A DNA stretch of 64,000 nucleotides from Clostridia bacterium (GCA_017450465.1 JAFSUW010000029.1:41572-105571), one strand, 5' to 3'; shown: positions 40,545-51,259, numbered from the stretch's first letter. Translations and numbers: made by a program. The notes: generated by a model from the sequence alone, not told the origin.

Positions 40545-41144
40545 ATGAAGAAGAAAAGCGTTTTTATAATATTTTTTATATTCTTGTTAATTAGTATGGC
40601 TATTACTGTAAATGCCGTAAATACTCAAAAAAATCTAGCAAATAAAGTAATTCGGCTTCATATTATTGCAAATAGTGATAGTAAAGTAGATCAAGAAATA
40701 AAGCTAAAAGTACGTGATGAAATTATAAAAGAATTATCTCCTATGCTAGTAAAAGCCACAAATATAGCCGAAAGTAGAGAAATAATTTTTAGTAACATTA
40801 GGAATATTGAAAAAATAGCTAATGTTACACTAAAAAAATATTGTGATTATACAGCTTCTGCCATCCTTACTCAGTCTAATTTTCCAACAAAAAATTATAA
40901 CAATATTTCTTTCCCCGCCGGTGAATATGAAGCACTAAAAGTAACTATTGGCGAAGGCAAAGGCAAAAACTGGTGGTGCGTTATGTTCCCGCCATTATGT
41001 TTTACCAATTCCTCAATTTCATTTTCAGACGAGTCTATCGAAACATTAAAGCAAAACCTATCAAACGAAGAATTTGAACTAATTAGTAGCAAAACACCAA
41101 AAGTTAAAGTAAAATTCAAAATTTTAGAATTGTTTAATAAGTAA
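40545..41144 (+). CDS. spoIIR: stage II sporulation protein R
   Basis: Signal peptide followed by VIRLHIIANSDSKVDQEIKLKVRDEI, the SpoIIR signature. Confidence 0.85.
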   Translation: MKKKSVFIIFFIFLLISMAITVNAVNTQKNLANKVIRLHIIANSDSKVDQEIKLKVRDEIIKELSPMLVKATNIAESREIIFSNIRNIEKIANVTLKKYCDYTASAILTQSNFPTKNYNNISFPAGEYEALKVTIGEGKGKNWWCVMFPPLCFTNSSISFSDESIETLKQNLSNEEFELISSKTPKVKVKFKILELFNK

Positions 41145-41199
41145 TTTGTCTTGCAAAACTTCTCTCTTTGTGCCATAATTTAGCATGTGAGGTGAAATT

Positions 41200-42804
41200 A
41201 TGGCTTTTGATGGATTAGTTACTCGTAGCGTCGTAAATGAACTAAATAACACTATATTAAACTGCAAAATAGATAAGGTGCATCAACCAAATAAGGATGA
41301 TGTTATTTTTGTTATCCGCAGTTTTAATAAGAACTTAAAACTTATCTTATCAAGCAACGCTACACTTTCGAGGGCTCATTTAACTAACATGGTCTATGAA
41401 AATCCTGAAAAGCCATTTAACTTTTGCATGGTTTTAAGAAAACATTTAAGCGGTGCTAAAATCACTAAAATTGAGCAAATTTCTAATGACCGTATTATAA
41501 AATTCACATTTGAAAACAGTAACGAGTTAGGCGATAGAGAAACCAAAGTTTTAATTGTCGAAATAATGGGTAAATATAGCAACATAATACTACTTACCGA
41601 AAATCTTACCATCATAGATAGCATAAAACACGTCGATTTTGAAACAAGTAGTGTTCGTGAAGTTATGCCTGGTAGAAAGTATGAACTTCCTCTTACCGAC
41701 GGCAAGAAAAATCCTTTTATCGAGCAAGAAAACTCAAACTCCATAATTGCAAGTGATATTACAAAGAATTATTTAGGGATATCTACACTATTTGCAAAAG
41801 AAATTGAAAACAATAAGCTTAACCTGTTCGATGAAATAGTTAAACCTATATCACCTTGCATTTTAATGAAAAATGGTGAATTTATTGATTTTTATATATA
41901 CCATATTCATGAGTATGCAGTAAAAGATTTTGATTCTATCTCGGAAACTATAGATACATATTTCACTAACAAAATCTCGCAAGATGGCCTTAAATCAAAG
42001 AAAAATGAGTTACTTAGCATCGTTTCTTCTAGTTACACCAAAAATGAAAAGAAACTAAAAATAGTCATGGATAAATTAAAAACTACTGAAGATATGGAAA
42101 ACTTACGAGTATACGGCGAACTTCTTACTGCAAATCTATATAAAATAACTGAAAATGCTAGTGAAATAACTGTATTTAACTATTATACCAACGAAGATAT
42201 CACTATTCCACTTGATATAAACTTATCTCCAGCAGGAAATCAGAAGAAAATATTTAAGAAATATACCAAACTAAAAAACACTTATACGGCTTGTACTTCG
42301 CAAAAAGAAGAAATCGAATTAGAATTAAACTATCTTGAAAGCATATTTTTTGAAATAGATTCTGCAGAATCCGTTGATGAACTTTACGACATACGTTTAG
42401 AACTAATAAATAGTGGCTTCATAAAAACCACTAAAAAAGCTCAAAAAATCGAGCCATCGAAACCTATCAAGCTTATTTATAAAGATTTTACAATATATGT
42501 TGGCAAAAATAACATCCAAAACGACTACTTAACCTTCGATGTCGCACGTAAAACTGATATATGGTTACACGCCAAAAACATTCCTGGTTCACACACTATA
42601 ATAAAAACAGACAATCGTGACGTGCCTGATGATGTAATCTTGTATGCTGCAAGTTTTGCCGCAAAACATAGTAAAGCAAAAAATTCACCAAAGGTTGATA
42701 TTGACTATACAGAAGTCAAAAACGTAAAAAAAATACCAGGTGCAAAACCCGGTATGGTTATCTATAATAATTTCAAAACCGTTTATGTAGAGCCCGCACT
42801 ATAA
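41200..42804 (+). CDS. rqcH: NFACT-family ribosome quality control protein (fibronectin-binding protein A homolog)
   Basis: MAFDGLVTRSVVNELNN...KIDKVHQPNKDDVIF N-terminal NFACT-N domain. C-terminal NFACT-R region with PGSHTIIK. Confidence 0.85.
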   Translation: MAFDGLVTRSVVNELNNTILNCKIDKVHQPNKDDVIFVIRSFNKNLKLILSSNATLSRAHLTNMVYENPEKPFNFCMVLRKHLSGAKITKIEQISNDRIIKFTFENSNELGDRETKVLIVEIMGKYSNIILLTENLTIIDSIKHVDFETSSVREVMPGRKYELPLTDGKKNPFIEQENSNSIIASDITKNYLGISTLFAKEIENNKLNLFDEIVKPISPCILMKNGEFIDFYIYHIHEYAVKDFDSISETIDTYFTNKISQDGLKSKKNELLSIVSSSYTKNEKKLKIVMDKLKTTEDMENLRVYGELLTANLYKITENASEITVFNYYTNEDITIPLDINLSPAGNQKKIFKKYTKLKNTYTACTSQKEEIELELNYLESIFFEIDSAESVDELYDIRLELINSGFIKTTKKAQKIEPSKPIKLIYKDFTIYVGKNNIQNDYLTFDVARKTDIWLHAKNIPGSHTIIKTDNRDVPDDVILYAASFAAKHSKAKNSPKVDIDYTEVKNVKKIPGAKPGMVIYNNFKTVYVEPAL

Positions 42805-43635
42805 TGTGCTGGCTTTTATTGTATTACTCATAAGCATTACCATTGTCATGGGTCCAACACCACCAGGCACTGGTGTAATTTTACTTGCGACTTCTTTAAC
42901 ATTATCAAAATCGACATCGCCTATTAATTTACCATCTATTCTATTTATTCCAACATCTATAACAACCGCATCTTTCTTTACCATATCTTTTGTTATAAAC
43001 TTTGGCTTTCCAATCGCAACAATTAGAATATCTGCTTGTTTTGTAATTTCAGTAAGATTCGTGGTTTTAGAATGGCATATGGTTACCGTAGCGTTTTCCT
43101 TAAGCATAAGACTTGACATTGGCTTACCCACAATGTTGCTACGTCCTACAATAACGCAGTGTTTACCGCTAATATCAACATTTTCATGCTTTAGCATTGC
43201 TAAAATTCCATTTGGCGTACATGAAACAAATGTATCTTTGCCAATAACTAATTTGCCTATGTTTACGTCTGTAAAGCCGTCTACATCCTTTTTAGGTGAT
43301 ATCCGATTAAATGCAGCATACTCATCAATATGTGAAGGCACAGGATGTTGTAGTAAAATGCCATGAATGGCTTTATTTTCATTTAATTTATCAATTAAGT
43401 CTAATAATTCGCTCGTCGTTGTGGATTCTGGTAGTCTATAAACTTCGCTTTTTATGCCAAGTTCCCCGCACATTTTCTCTTTATTTCTTACATAAACCGT
43501 AGATGCAGGGTCTTCTCCAACCAATATAACTGCAAGACCTGGTGTTATGTTTTTTGCTTTTAGCTCCTCTATCTTTGCCTTTATATCTTCTTTTATTTTA
43601 GCTGAAATTAACTTACCATCAATTAATGTAGCCAT
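42799..43635 (-). CDS. folD: bifunctional methylenetetrahydrofolate dehydrogenase/cyclohydrolase
   Basis: GKHCVIVGRSNIVGKPM and PVPGGVGPMT motifs. Confidence 0.95.
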   Translation of the reverse strand: MATLIDGKLISAKIKEDIKAKIEELKAKNITPGLAVILVGEDPASTVYVRNKEKMCGELGIKSEVYRLPESTTTSELLDLIDKLNENKAIHGILLQHPVPSHIDEYAAFNRISPKKDVDGFTDVNIGKLVIGKDTFVSCTPNGILAMLKHENVDISGKHCVIVGRSNIVGKPMSSLMLKENATVTICHSKTTNLTEITKQADILIVAIGKPKFITKDMVKKDAVVIDVGINRIDGKLIGDVDFDNVKEVASKITPVPGGVGPMTMVMLMSNTIKASTL

Positions 43636-43645
43636 GCCATCCTCC

Positions 43646-44470
43646 TTATTTAACTAGCCAAAAATATAAAATTACAATTAAGCCCAAAACAATTCTATAC
43701 CAACCGAAAACTTTGAAATCATGCTTTTTAATGTAATCCATCAGGAATTTAATTACGAATATTGATACTATAAATGCAACAGCCATGCCTGTAATTAACA
43801 CTCCTAGTTCCATAGTTGTGAATGCAAAGCCAAATTTTAATAATTTTATAAAACTTGCACCAAACATTACTGGAACTGCAAGCAAGAAAGTAAATTCTGC
43901 AGCAACACTCCTACTTACACCAATCATTATCGCACCTAAAATCGTTGCTCCAGATCTTGATGTGCCAGGGAAAATAGCTGCAATTACTTGAAACATACCA
44001 ATTATAAAGGCTGTTAAAAATGTTATCTCACCTAGAGTATTTATCTTGCTTTCCTTATTTTTGTTATTATTTTCAACAATTATAAACAAAATACCGACTA
44101 ATATTAGCATAATTGCTACAACTACCGGATTATAAAACATTTCTTCTATTTTATCTCCAGCGGCAAGTTCAATTATAGCAGCAGGCACACAAGCAACTAC
44201 TATCTTAAACCACTGCATTATTATATCTTTTTTTATAAAATACTTTTCCTTCGTGCTAAAAGGCCATAATTTGCTCCAAAAAAGTATCACTACAGCCATT
44301 ATTGCTCCAAGTTGTATTACAACCAAGAACATATCCCAAAATTCCTTAGATAAGTCAAATTTCAAGAATTCTTCAAGTAAAATCATATGCCCTGTACTGC
44401 TTATTGGTAACCATTCTGTTATTCCTTCAACAATACCGAATATTACCGCCTTTAAGATGTTAATTAGCAT
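43646..44470 (-). CDS. uppP: undecaprenyl-diphosphatase
   Basis: BacA/UppP motifs PISSTGH and PGTSRSGATI. Confidence 0.9.
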   Translation of the reverse strand: MLINILKAVIFGIVEGITEWLPISSTGHMILLEEFLKFDLSKEFWDMFLVVIQLGAIMAVVILFWSKLWPFSTKEKYFIKKDIIMQWFKIVVACVPAAIIELAAGDKIEEMFYNPVVVAIMLILVGILFIIVENNNKNKESKINTLGEITFLTAFIIGMFQVIAAIFPGTSRSGATILGAIMIGVSRSVAAEFTFLLAVPVMFGASFIKLLKFGFAFTTMELGVLITGMAVAFIVSIFVIKFLMDYIKKHDFKVFGWYRIVLGLIVILYFWLVK

Positions 44471-44494
44471 TTTTAGTCATCCTTTCTTATCTAC

Positions 44495-44520
44495 GGACGG
44501 GCAAGGACACCCGCCCCTAC
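44495..44520. repeat. GC-rich hairpin (CCGCCCCTACA family, inverted orientation)
   Basis: ctacggacgggcaaggacacccgcccctacaaa. Confidence 0.5.
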
Positions 44521-44523
44521 AAA

Positions 44524-44808
44524 TTATAACTCTATTTTAGGGTTATTTTTAGATTTTTTGTATAAAACAATTTTATTACCTATAACTTGTACTGGCTCTG
44601 CACCTACTTTTTCTGCAAAGCACTTACAAAACTCTTTTGCAGTATCTCCGCTCGTCTCTAAAACAGTTATTTTAATTAATTCACGTGCTTCTAAAGCATC
44701 CGATATCTGTTTTATAAAGTTTTCTGATATTCCTTCCTTACCTATCTGAAATATAGGGCTTAAAGTATTTGCCATACCTCTTAATTTTGCTCTTTGCTTA
44801 CTTGTCAT
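44524..44808 (-). CDS. yhbY: YhbY-family CRS1 RNA-binding protein
   Basis: LSPIFQIGKEGISENFIKQISDALEARELIKI. Start at MTSKQ with a GGAGG RBS. Confidence 0.8.
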   Translation of the reverse strand: MTSKQRAKLRGMANTLSPIFQIGKEGISENFIKQISDALEARELIKITVLETSGDTAKEFCKCFAEKVGAEPVQVIGNKIVLYKKSKNNPKIEL

Positions 44809-44887
44809 AATTTTTTCCTCCATTTTCTGCTATAATATTACCATTATTTTGACCATTTTACAACACGTGTGATATAATTAAATAAAC

Positions 44888-45189
44888 AAATTATTGTTTT
44901 TAGAGTTACAAATAATAAAAAACAAATCGCTTCATTCTAACACTTCGTTTGTTGCATTTTATACCAAAACAAATGATGGTCGTTCGTATTCGGCATCCAT
45001 ACCTCATACTCACTCAAAAAAACATCCGGTTTTTTTGACCATCATAAGCCGTTTTGGAAAAATGCTAACAAACTACGTGATGAATTCGCTTTATTTGTTT
45101 TTTATTATTAAATTGTAACTACGCAAGATTACTAAATGTAGAGTTTGATTATGGCAAGCCATAATCAAACTCCCCAACAAACAATAATT
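44888..45189. mobile_element. MITE-like element bounded by AAATTATTGTTT / AAACAATAATTT, with a core shared with 13813-13930
   Basis: Perfect 12-bp terminal inverted repeats. Internal arms gtttgttgcatttt...tgatggtcgttcg and cgaattcatc...gtttgttagcatttt are inverted copies. Contains the core ctcactcaaaaaaacatccggtttttttgacca. Confidence 0.55.
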
Positions 45190-45210
45190 TATCTTAATAG
45201 GAGAAACAAA

Positions 45211-46041
45211 ATGATTAATTTTTCAGTACCAAAAAATTATAACAATACCCAATTGTTATCCACAGTTTCAAAACTATATCCACAAATTTCATATTCTACT
45301 CTTTGCAAACTACTCCGAAAAAAAGACATAAAAATAAATGGCAAAAGAATAAACGAAAACACAAAAATTTTTGCAAATGACTTAATTGAAATTTATTATG
45401 AAAATAAACTAGATATAGTCTTTGAGGATGACAATATTATAGTTATTAATAAAACAATTGGTTTAGAAGTAAATGAAGAAAATACAACCAAATCGCTACT
45501 TACTTTACTTAAGGAACAACTAAAAATAGATTTATATCCTTGCCATCGGCTTGACCGTAACACTACTGGGCTTGTTATTTTTGCTAAAAATACTGACGCC
45601 TTACACATACTCGAAGAAAAAATAAAAAATAAAGAAATCCAAAAATACTATCGTTGCCGCGTAATTGGGCACTTGAAAAAGGATTCTGATACACTAAGTG
45701 CATATCTTTTCAAAGATAGCAAGAAAAGCACAGTTTATATAAGTTCTGAAAAAAAAGAGGGCTATATGCCTATAACCACTAAATATAAAGTTCTATCAAC
45801 CGATGCTGAAACTTCAACCCTAGAAGTTTTATTGGTTACCGGTCGTACGCATCAAATACGTGCCCATATGGCTTTTATTGGGCATCCTATTGTTGGCGAT
45901 GGTAAATATGGCAATAATGAATTTAATAAAAAACACAAGAAAAAATTTCAGGATTTAACCGCATATAAGCTAGTATTTAATTTCACAACAGACGCCGGTA
46001 TTTTAAACTACCTAAATGGTAAAGAAATAAAACTATTTTAA
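45211..46041 (+). CDS. RluA-family pseudouridine synthase
   Basis: S4-like N-terminus and the catalytic HRLDRNTTGLVIFAKN. Start at MINFSV with an AGGAG RBS. Confidence 0.85.
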   Translation: MINFSVPKNYNNTQLLSTVSKLYPQISYSTLCKLLRKKDIKINGKRINENTKIFANDLIEIYYENKLDIVFEDDNIIVINKTIGLEVNEENTTKSLLTLLKEQLKIDLYPCHRLDRNTTGLVIFAKNTDALHILEEKIKNKEIQKYYRCRVIGHLKKDSDTLSAYLFKDSKKSTVYISSEKKEGYMPITTKYKVLSTDAETSTLEVLLVTGRTHQIRAHMAFIGHPIVGDGKYGNNEFNKKHKKKFQDLTAYKLVFNFTTDAGILNYLNGKEIKLF

Positions 46042-46755
46042 TTTATTCATATTTCCTGCTATCTTTTCTATTGCTTTTTTCTCAATGCGACTCACATAGG
46101 AACGCGAAATGTTAAGCATTTTTGCTATTTCATTTTGCGTTTTTTCACCTTTATCAGTAAGTCCATACCTAAGTGCAATAATTAGCTTTTCCCTATCAGT
46201 TAAAACATTCTCAATATCGTTATATAAGGCATTTGTATTAAGTTTTAAATTAACTTCTTCAAATGTTTCTTTTGCATCTGATTCTAAAATATCTATTAAG
46301 GATATCGAATTTCCTTCTTTATCGCTTCCTATTGGCTCATCTAGAGATATTTCGTTTTGCAGTTTCTTGCTACTCCTTAAATGCATCAAAATTTCGTTTT
46401 GAATGCATCTTGCAGCATATGTGGCAAATTTATGGCCCTTCATATAGTCAAAGGTTGTAACGGCTTTTATGAGCCCTATAGTGCCTATTGAAATTAAATC
46501 ATCATTATCTTTCCACGAAACAGAATATTTCTTCGCAATATGGACAACCAATCGCAAATTTCTTTCAATCAAAACATTTTTTGCGTCATTATCACCATTT
46601 TTGTATAATTCAAAATACATTTTCTCTTCGCTAGGCGTAAGTGGTTTTGGAAATGCATTCCCGCTACCACCTATAAAGCCAAACATAAATAATATGTTTT
46701 CAATTATGTATTTAATAATAGCAATAAATAACAAATATAGGCCCCCTTTTCGCAT
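46033..46755 (-). CDS. sigK: sporulation sigma factor SigK (pro-sigma-K); start codon uncertain
   Basis: Pro-sequence ...GGSGNAFPKPLTPSEEKMYFELYKNGD matches the SigK NAFPxPL processing region. Also has the sigma-70 regions 2 and 4 (ISRSYVSRIEKKA). The gene is not interrupted. Confidence 0.85.
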   Translation of the reverse strand: MRKGGLYLLFIAIIKYIIENILFMFGFIGGSGNAFPKPLTPSEEKMYFELYKNGDNDAKNVLIERNLRLVVHIAKKYSVSWKDNDDLISIGTIGLIKAVTTFDYMKGHKFATYAARCIQNEILMHLRSSKKLQNEISLDEPIGSDKEGNSISLIDILESDAKETFEEVNLKLNTNALYNDIENVLTDREKLIIALRYGLTDKGEKTQNEIAKMLNISRSYVSRIEKKAIEKIAGNMNKLK

Positions 46756-46812
46756 TAAAAAAGCAACTACACTATAATATGTAGTTGCCTTTATTTTTTT
46801 GCTTGTCAAAAA

Positions 46813-47574
46813 TTAAATTTCTGCTGCTACTTTTAATGCGATTTTTAAGCATTTTGTAAGCATATCTGTTCTATCATCGATAAGAGTTCTTGCATCATAT
46901 TCTTCACCATCTAATACGTCATCTGTATATAAGAATTGATATGTATCTACATTCCTTAAATGGCTTACTGCCATTATAGGAGCGCATTCCATTTCTACAA
47001 TACTGCACCCTTCTTGCGACATCTTCTTAAACCTATCTTCTGTTTCTCTATATAATGCATCGGTTGTCCAAGTGTTTACTTTTGTGTATTTTATATTGTT
47101 TTTGTCAAAAAGTTCTGATAATTTACTTGCTGTTTTTACATCTATATATTCACTTGCTGGAATATAGTGATAACTTGTTCCTTCATCTCTATATGCCTTT
47201 TCAGGTATAAAAATTTCACCAGCACCCAGCGCGCTTGAAAGTGCACCACATGAGCCAAAGAATATAAACTTCTTTACTCCACGAGATATCATTTCCTCCA
47301 TTATCATAGCAGTTATTGGGCCACCTACAAAAGTCCTATATATCGCTACTTCTTTACCATTTACCTTTGTACTAAATATAGGCAGATTGTCGCCCATCAT
47401 TCCATATGTACTATACTCGCAAAACTCTTTATTGTTCCTTAAAACATTTGTAAGTTCTGATTTAAAATAAACTATCGCCGTTTCAGGTAACTTTTTTAAG
47501 CTACTTGTGAAAACGCTTGGCATAAATAATTCTTTACTGTTATCATATGCATCTATTATACTCATTTCATTCAC
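46813..47574 (-). CDS. nucleoside phosphorylase (PNP/UDP family 1)
   Basis: FFGSCGAL and SIVEMECAP motifs typical of the PNP/UDP phosphorylase family. Confidence 0.75.
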   Translation of the reverse strand: MNEMSIIDAYDNSKELFMPSVFTSSLKKLPETAIVYFKSELTNVLRNNKEFCEYSTYGMMGDNLPIFSTKVNGKEVAIYRTFVGGPITAMIMEEMISRGVKKFIFFGSCGALSSALGAGEIFIPEKAYRDEGTSYHYIPASEYIDVKTASKLSELFDKNNIKYTKVNTWTTDALYRETEDRFKKMSQEGCSIVEMECAPIMAVSHLRNVDTYQFLYTDDVLDGEEYDARTLIDDRTDMLTKCLKIALKVAAEI

Positions 47575-47609
47575 CTCGGTTTTAGAGTAACATATTTATT
47601 TTTATTTAG

Positions 47610-47639
47610 CAACAAAAAATCCACCATAGGTGGATTTTT
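47610..47639 (-). terminator. terminator at the end of the flagellar late operon
   Basis: aaaaatccaccataggtggattttt. Confidence 0.6.
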
Positions 47640-48123
47640 ATCTGTTTTTATCAAAATATACTGGATTTTGTAAATTGTTGTATCCGTAATTGGATACTAC
47701 CTTTTTACCTTTTTTTAAATCTTTTATTTTGCTTTCTACTGCATTCTTTTTTTTGCTTAAACTTTCGCTATTTTTTAACTCAATGTCATGTATCTGTTTT
47801 ACTTTTTTCATTATCATGTCTACGATATACTGAATTCTTTTTACTTCTTCAGTACATACATTAAGTTCCTTTAATTCTTTTATTCCATATACTACTTTTA
47901 TATCATCAACTATTTTCTCAAATTTGATGTCGAGTGCTTTTATACTATTTATTTCGATCTGCTTTTTATCGATAAAATCATTGAGTAATTCAATGTTTTC
48001 ATCATCTATTGCTGTAGTTTGTTCCTTAGTAAATTCATATATTTTTTCTAAAGAGCCATACTTTTCTTCGCTAAGACCGATTAGTGTTTCCATTACATTT
48101 TCTATTTCAAGCACTACTCTCAC
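47638..48123 (-). CDS. hypothetical flagellar-operon protein (FliT-like position, 161 aa)
   Basis: Immediately downstream of fliS on the same strand. Helical and charged, as FliT chaperones are. Homology was not verified. Confidence 0.4.
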   Translation of the reverse strand: MRVVLEIENVMETLIGLSEEKYGSLEKIYEFTKEQTTAIDDENIELLNDFIDKKQIEINSIKALDIKFEKIVDDIKVVYGIKELKELNVCTEEVKRIQYIVDMIMKKVKQIHDIELKNSESLSKKKNAVESKIKDLKKGKKVVSNYGYNNLQNPVYFDKNR

Positions 48124-48135
48124 CTCATTAGTTCA

Positions 48136-48552
48136 TTATACTCCAGCAGCATATCCTTGGTTTTCTCTTTGTGAATTTTCTATTCTTGCTTCTTTAATAG
48201 CTTTGCTCCAAGTATCTCTAATGTCTTCTACAAAATGTAGAATCTCTTCTAAGATGTCTCTATTTTTCTTAACATTTGCTTCAATTAATCTATCTAAGAA
48301 ATATGTATATAAATCATATAAGTTTTTAGCTATATCATATTTCATATCAAGTGTATTTCTAAGCTCTCTTACTATTGCCTCCGCTTTGCAAATGTAGAAG
48401 TTAGCTTTTTCATAGTCGTTTTCATCTATTGCTATTTGAGCAAACTTTATTCCTTTTATACAGCCATTATACAACATTAAAGTTAGTTCTTCTGGCGTTG
48501 CAGTAAGGACTGAATTTTGTTGATATTGGTAAACCGCTTTATTTAATGACAT
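48136..48552 (-). CDS. fliS: flagellar export chaperone FliS
   Basis: AVYQYQQNSVLTATPEELTLMLYNG is the FliS signature. Confidence 0.9.
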   Translation of the reverse strand: MSLNKAVYQYQQNSVLTATPEELTLMLYNGCIKGIKFAQIAIDENDYEKANFYICKAEAIVRELRNTLDMKYDIAKNLYDLYTYFLDRLIEANVKKNRDILEEILHFVEDIRDTWSKAIKEARIENSQRENQGYAAGV

Positions 48553-48575
48553 GTAATTAACCTCCCTGTTAACAA

Positions 48576-50756
48576 TTAGCTATCTAAACCTAACATACTG
48601 TTTATGTAAGAGCTTTGTGAATTTAATTTAGAAAGCGCATCCTCCATGGCTGCAAATTGTTTATAATATCTTTCTTCCAAAGTTGCTAGTCTATCTTGTT
48701 GCTTTGAAATATAGCTATTTAATCTAGACATCTTTTGACCTAACACACTATCATCAGTACCTGTTTTCGATGTACCAGCTTTTTGTTGTACTGCTTGCAT
48801 TGCTGTAGACATTACTGCATACATTCTATTTGCAAAACCAACTTTTGTACCATCATATGTTGCGCCATCATCAAGTCTTAATACTGATAATGCATCGCCA
48901 CCACTTGTACCAGTATTTACAGTAACTGTATTTTGTTTTGCAGAATTGATTACAAATCTGCCACTTGAAATAGATACTGTTACGTTGTTAGCACCAAAGT
49001 GTGTTGCAAGTTGTTCATTGATATATGATGTTAAATCACTTTGCCCTTCTGAAGTTGAGATATCATAGTTTTGGTTAAATGCAAGTGTATATGTATTACT
49101 ACCTACTGTAATATTCATTGATTTACCATTTAACGCTAATGTTGACTCTCCGCTAAGTGAAGTACCTGTTATATTTGTTGGTGTACTTGTAAAGAAATTA
49201 GCTACTCCATCGATATCATTATTTATTGCTTCTTTTAACTTATCTGAATCAACAATTAATTTACCATTGTTATTTCCATATGCACTATATGTAGTTGTTG
49301 AAATACCCATTTGGAATAATGAATTTATTCCTGTTGTATTCATAACTTGTTGTACTGCACTTCTCATATCGGAAATAGCACTTTGTAATGTTGAATCTCT
49401 TCTTAAGATACCGCTACGAGCCATCTTCTCCCATTTTTCTTGTTGGGTATCTGATAATTTTTCTCTTTCTGCATCTGTTAATGGTTCATAGTTTTTATTC
49501 TTTTCTTCGTTATATAATTCATTTAGTTTTCCCAATAAGTTGTTATATTTATCAACAAATCCCATTATAGAATTGTAAATTGCTTCTGTATCTTTAGCAA
49601 CTGTAATTGCAACTTCTGATTCAGGATCTGCCTTTAATACTGAAAACGCAACGCCTTGATATTCGAAGTTATTTGATGTCATTTGAACATCTTCTATAAC
49701 TCTTCCTTCTGGGTCAGTAATTGTTACTACTGCGTTTTGTCCCATTGTATACGTTCCGCCAGCTTCTTCTGTTAAACCTAAAGCAGCAAAGAAACCATGT
49801 TCATCGGAAATATCAATTTCACGGCCACTACCAGTATTATCTCTTTGCATTATGATAGAGTTTGCAATCTTATCATATTTCATGCTTATATCTATGTCTT
49901 CGTCGTCTGATAATGTTTTGAACACTTCTGATAAAGTTCTTTCACCGCTAAATTCAAATGTTTTACCATTGATTTTAACAGATATGTTTCCAGAAGCATC
50001 TAATGCTTCTTCACCTATTAAGTCTTTAACAGTTTTTCCTGTATTGAATATATTGTTAGCATTGTTTTCTAATTTTAATTTTGATAATGCGTCAGCACCT
50101 TCTTCACCAGAACCAACAACTATTGAATAATTCATGGCTGATTTACTAGAGATACTTACTTTTACCATTCTACCACTTGACATTGAGCTTACGTCAACAG
50201 CGATTTGCTCACCACCAAATGCGTTGTTTATTTTGTTACTGAGTAACTCTTCAAGTTTACCAGGAATTTCACTTGATGTCATTCCTCTAAAGTCGCCTTC
50301 ACCTTCACCAAATGAAATTGTCTTTGTTTCACCATTTAGTGTTATCTTCATACTTGTACCACTTAAATTTAAGTTTGTAGTTGTGGCCCAACCTGTACTT
50401 GTTATTGCTGTATCTCTTTGTGAACCAACTCTTGTTGTTGCTGAAGCAAGTTGCGAAGCTTTTAATCTATAAGTACCCTCGATAGCACTAGTTCCCGCAA
50501 CTGCACTAGCTATTAAAGAGTTTGAAGAATCAGCATTATATTTTTTATATGTCCCTTCTAATCGCATATCAAAAGCGGCATTTTGGAAAGCCAACATTTC
50601 TGAATTTAAATCAAGAAGTGTTTCTCTTTGCCAAGTTACCGTAGTTTTTTGCTTCTCAAATTTATCAAGTGGTGCACGTGCTGCACTCATCATTTCTTGA
50701 ATTAACGAGTCAGTGTCCATACCTGACATTAAAGACGTAATTCTTGTAGTTGCCAT
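48576..50756 (-). CDS. fliD: flagellar filament capping protein FliD
   Basis: 726 aa with the FliD N-terminal ITSLMSGMDTDSLIQ and C-terminal coiled coil. Confidence 0.9.
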   Translation of the reverse strand: MATTRITSLMSGMDTDSLIQEMMSAARAPLDKFEKQKTTVTWQRETLLDLNSEMLAFQNAAFDMRLEGTYKKYNADSSNSLIASAVAGTSAIEGTYRLKASQLASATTRVGSQRDTAITSTGWATTTNLNLSGTSMKITLNGETKTISFGEGEGDFRGMTSSEIPGKLEELLSNKINNAFGGEQIAVDVSSMSSGRMVKVSISSKSAMNYSIVVGSGEEGADALSKLKLENNANNIFNTGKTVKDLIGEEALDASGNISVKINGKTFEFSGERTLSEVFKTLSDDEDIDISMKYDKIANSIIMQRDNTGSGREIDISDEHGFFAALGLTEEAGGTYTMGQNAVVTITDPEGRVIEDVQMTSNNFEYQGVAFSVLKADPESEVAITVAKDTEAIYNSIMGFVDKYNNLLGKLNELYNEEKNKNYEPLTDAEREKLSDTQQEKWEKMARSGILRRDSTLQSAISDMRSAVQQVMNTTGINSLFQMGISTTTYSAYGNNNGKLIVDSDKLKEAINNDIDGVANFFTSTPTNITGTSLSGESTLALNGKSMNITVGSNTYTLAFNQNYDISTSEGQSDLTSYINEQLATHFGANNVTVSISSGRFVINSAKQNTVTVNTGTSGGDALSVLRLDDGATYDGTKVGFANRMYAVMSTAMQAVQQKAGTSKTGTDDSVLGQKMSRLNSYISKQQDRLATLEERYYKQFAAMEDALSKLNSQSSYINSMLGLDS

Positions 50757-50793
50757 AGCTATCCTCCTCTTCTAGTTTCATATATATAGGTAG

Positions 50794-51174
50794 TTAATTT
50801 TTTGCATCAAAAAGTACACCTGCAATTTCTCGCAGTTTCTCTGAAAGCTCAATAGCTTCCTCAGATGGGATTTCAGCTATTACCTCTTTACTTTCTCTAT
50901 CAACTACTTTAATAGAAACCCTATTTAATTCTCCTTCTGTTTCATGAATCTTGAATTTAATTTGACTACCAGAGATCTTTTCAAACTGTTTATTTAGTTT
51001 TTCAACAGCTTCCTCGACTTTCTTTCTGTCAACCTCTTGGTTTGTCTTTTCAGGTTCATTTTTAACAACGGGTTCTCTTCCTGTTTGAACCCTTGTTTCG
51101 ACTTTTTGGGTTTCTGGGTTTGTAGTTTCAACCCTTTCATAATTTGAAACTACATTTGCAAATTCTACTTTCAT
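50794..51174 (-). CDS. flaG: flagellar protein FlaG
   Basis: FlaG family pattern ...KFKIHETEGELNRVSIKVVDRESKEVIAEIP. Confidence 0.8.
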   Translation of the reverse strand: MKVEFANVVSNYERVETTNPETQKVETRVQTGREPVVKNEPEKTNQEVDRKKVEEAVEKLNKQFEKISGSQIKFKIHETEGELNRVSIKVVDRESKEVIAEIPSEEAIELSEKLREIAGVLFDAKN

Positions 51175-51231
51175 TTTTACACACCTCCATGTGTGAGAAT
51201 CAGAGAGAATTATCCTACTCTCTTATATTAT

Positions 51232-51259
51232 ATATCGGTATAAGTTCACATAAACTTTA
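51232..51259 (-). promoter_or_regulatory. candidate sigma-D (sigma-28) promoter for flaG-fliD-fliS
   Basis: On the minus strand, TAAA-N15-TACCGATAT, compared with the consensus TAAA-N15-GCCGATAT. Confidence 0.5.
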
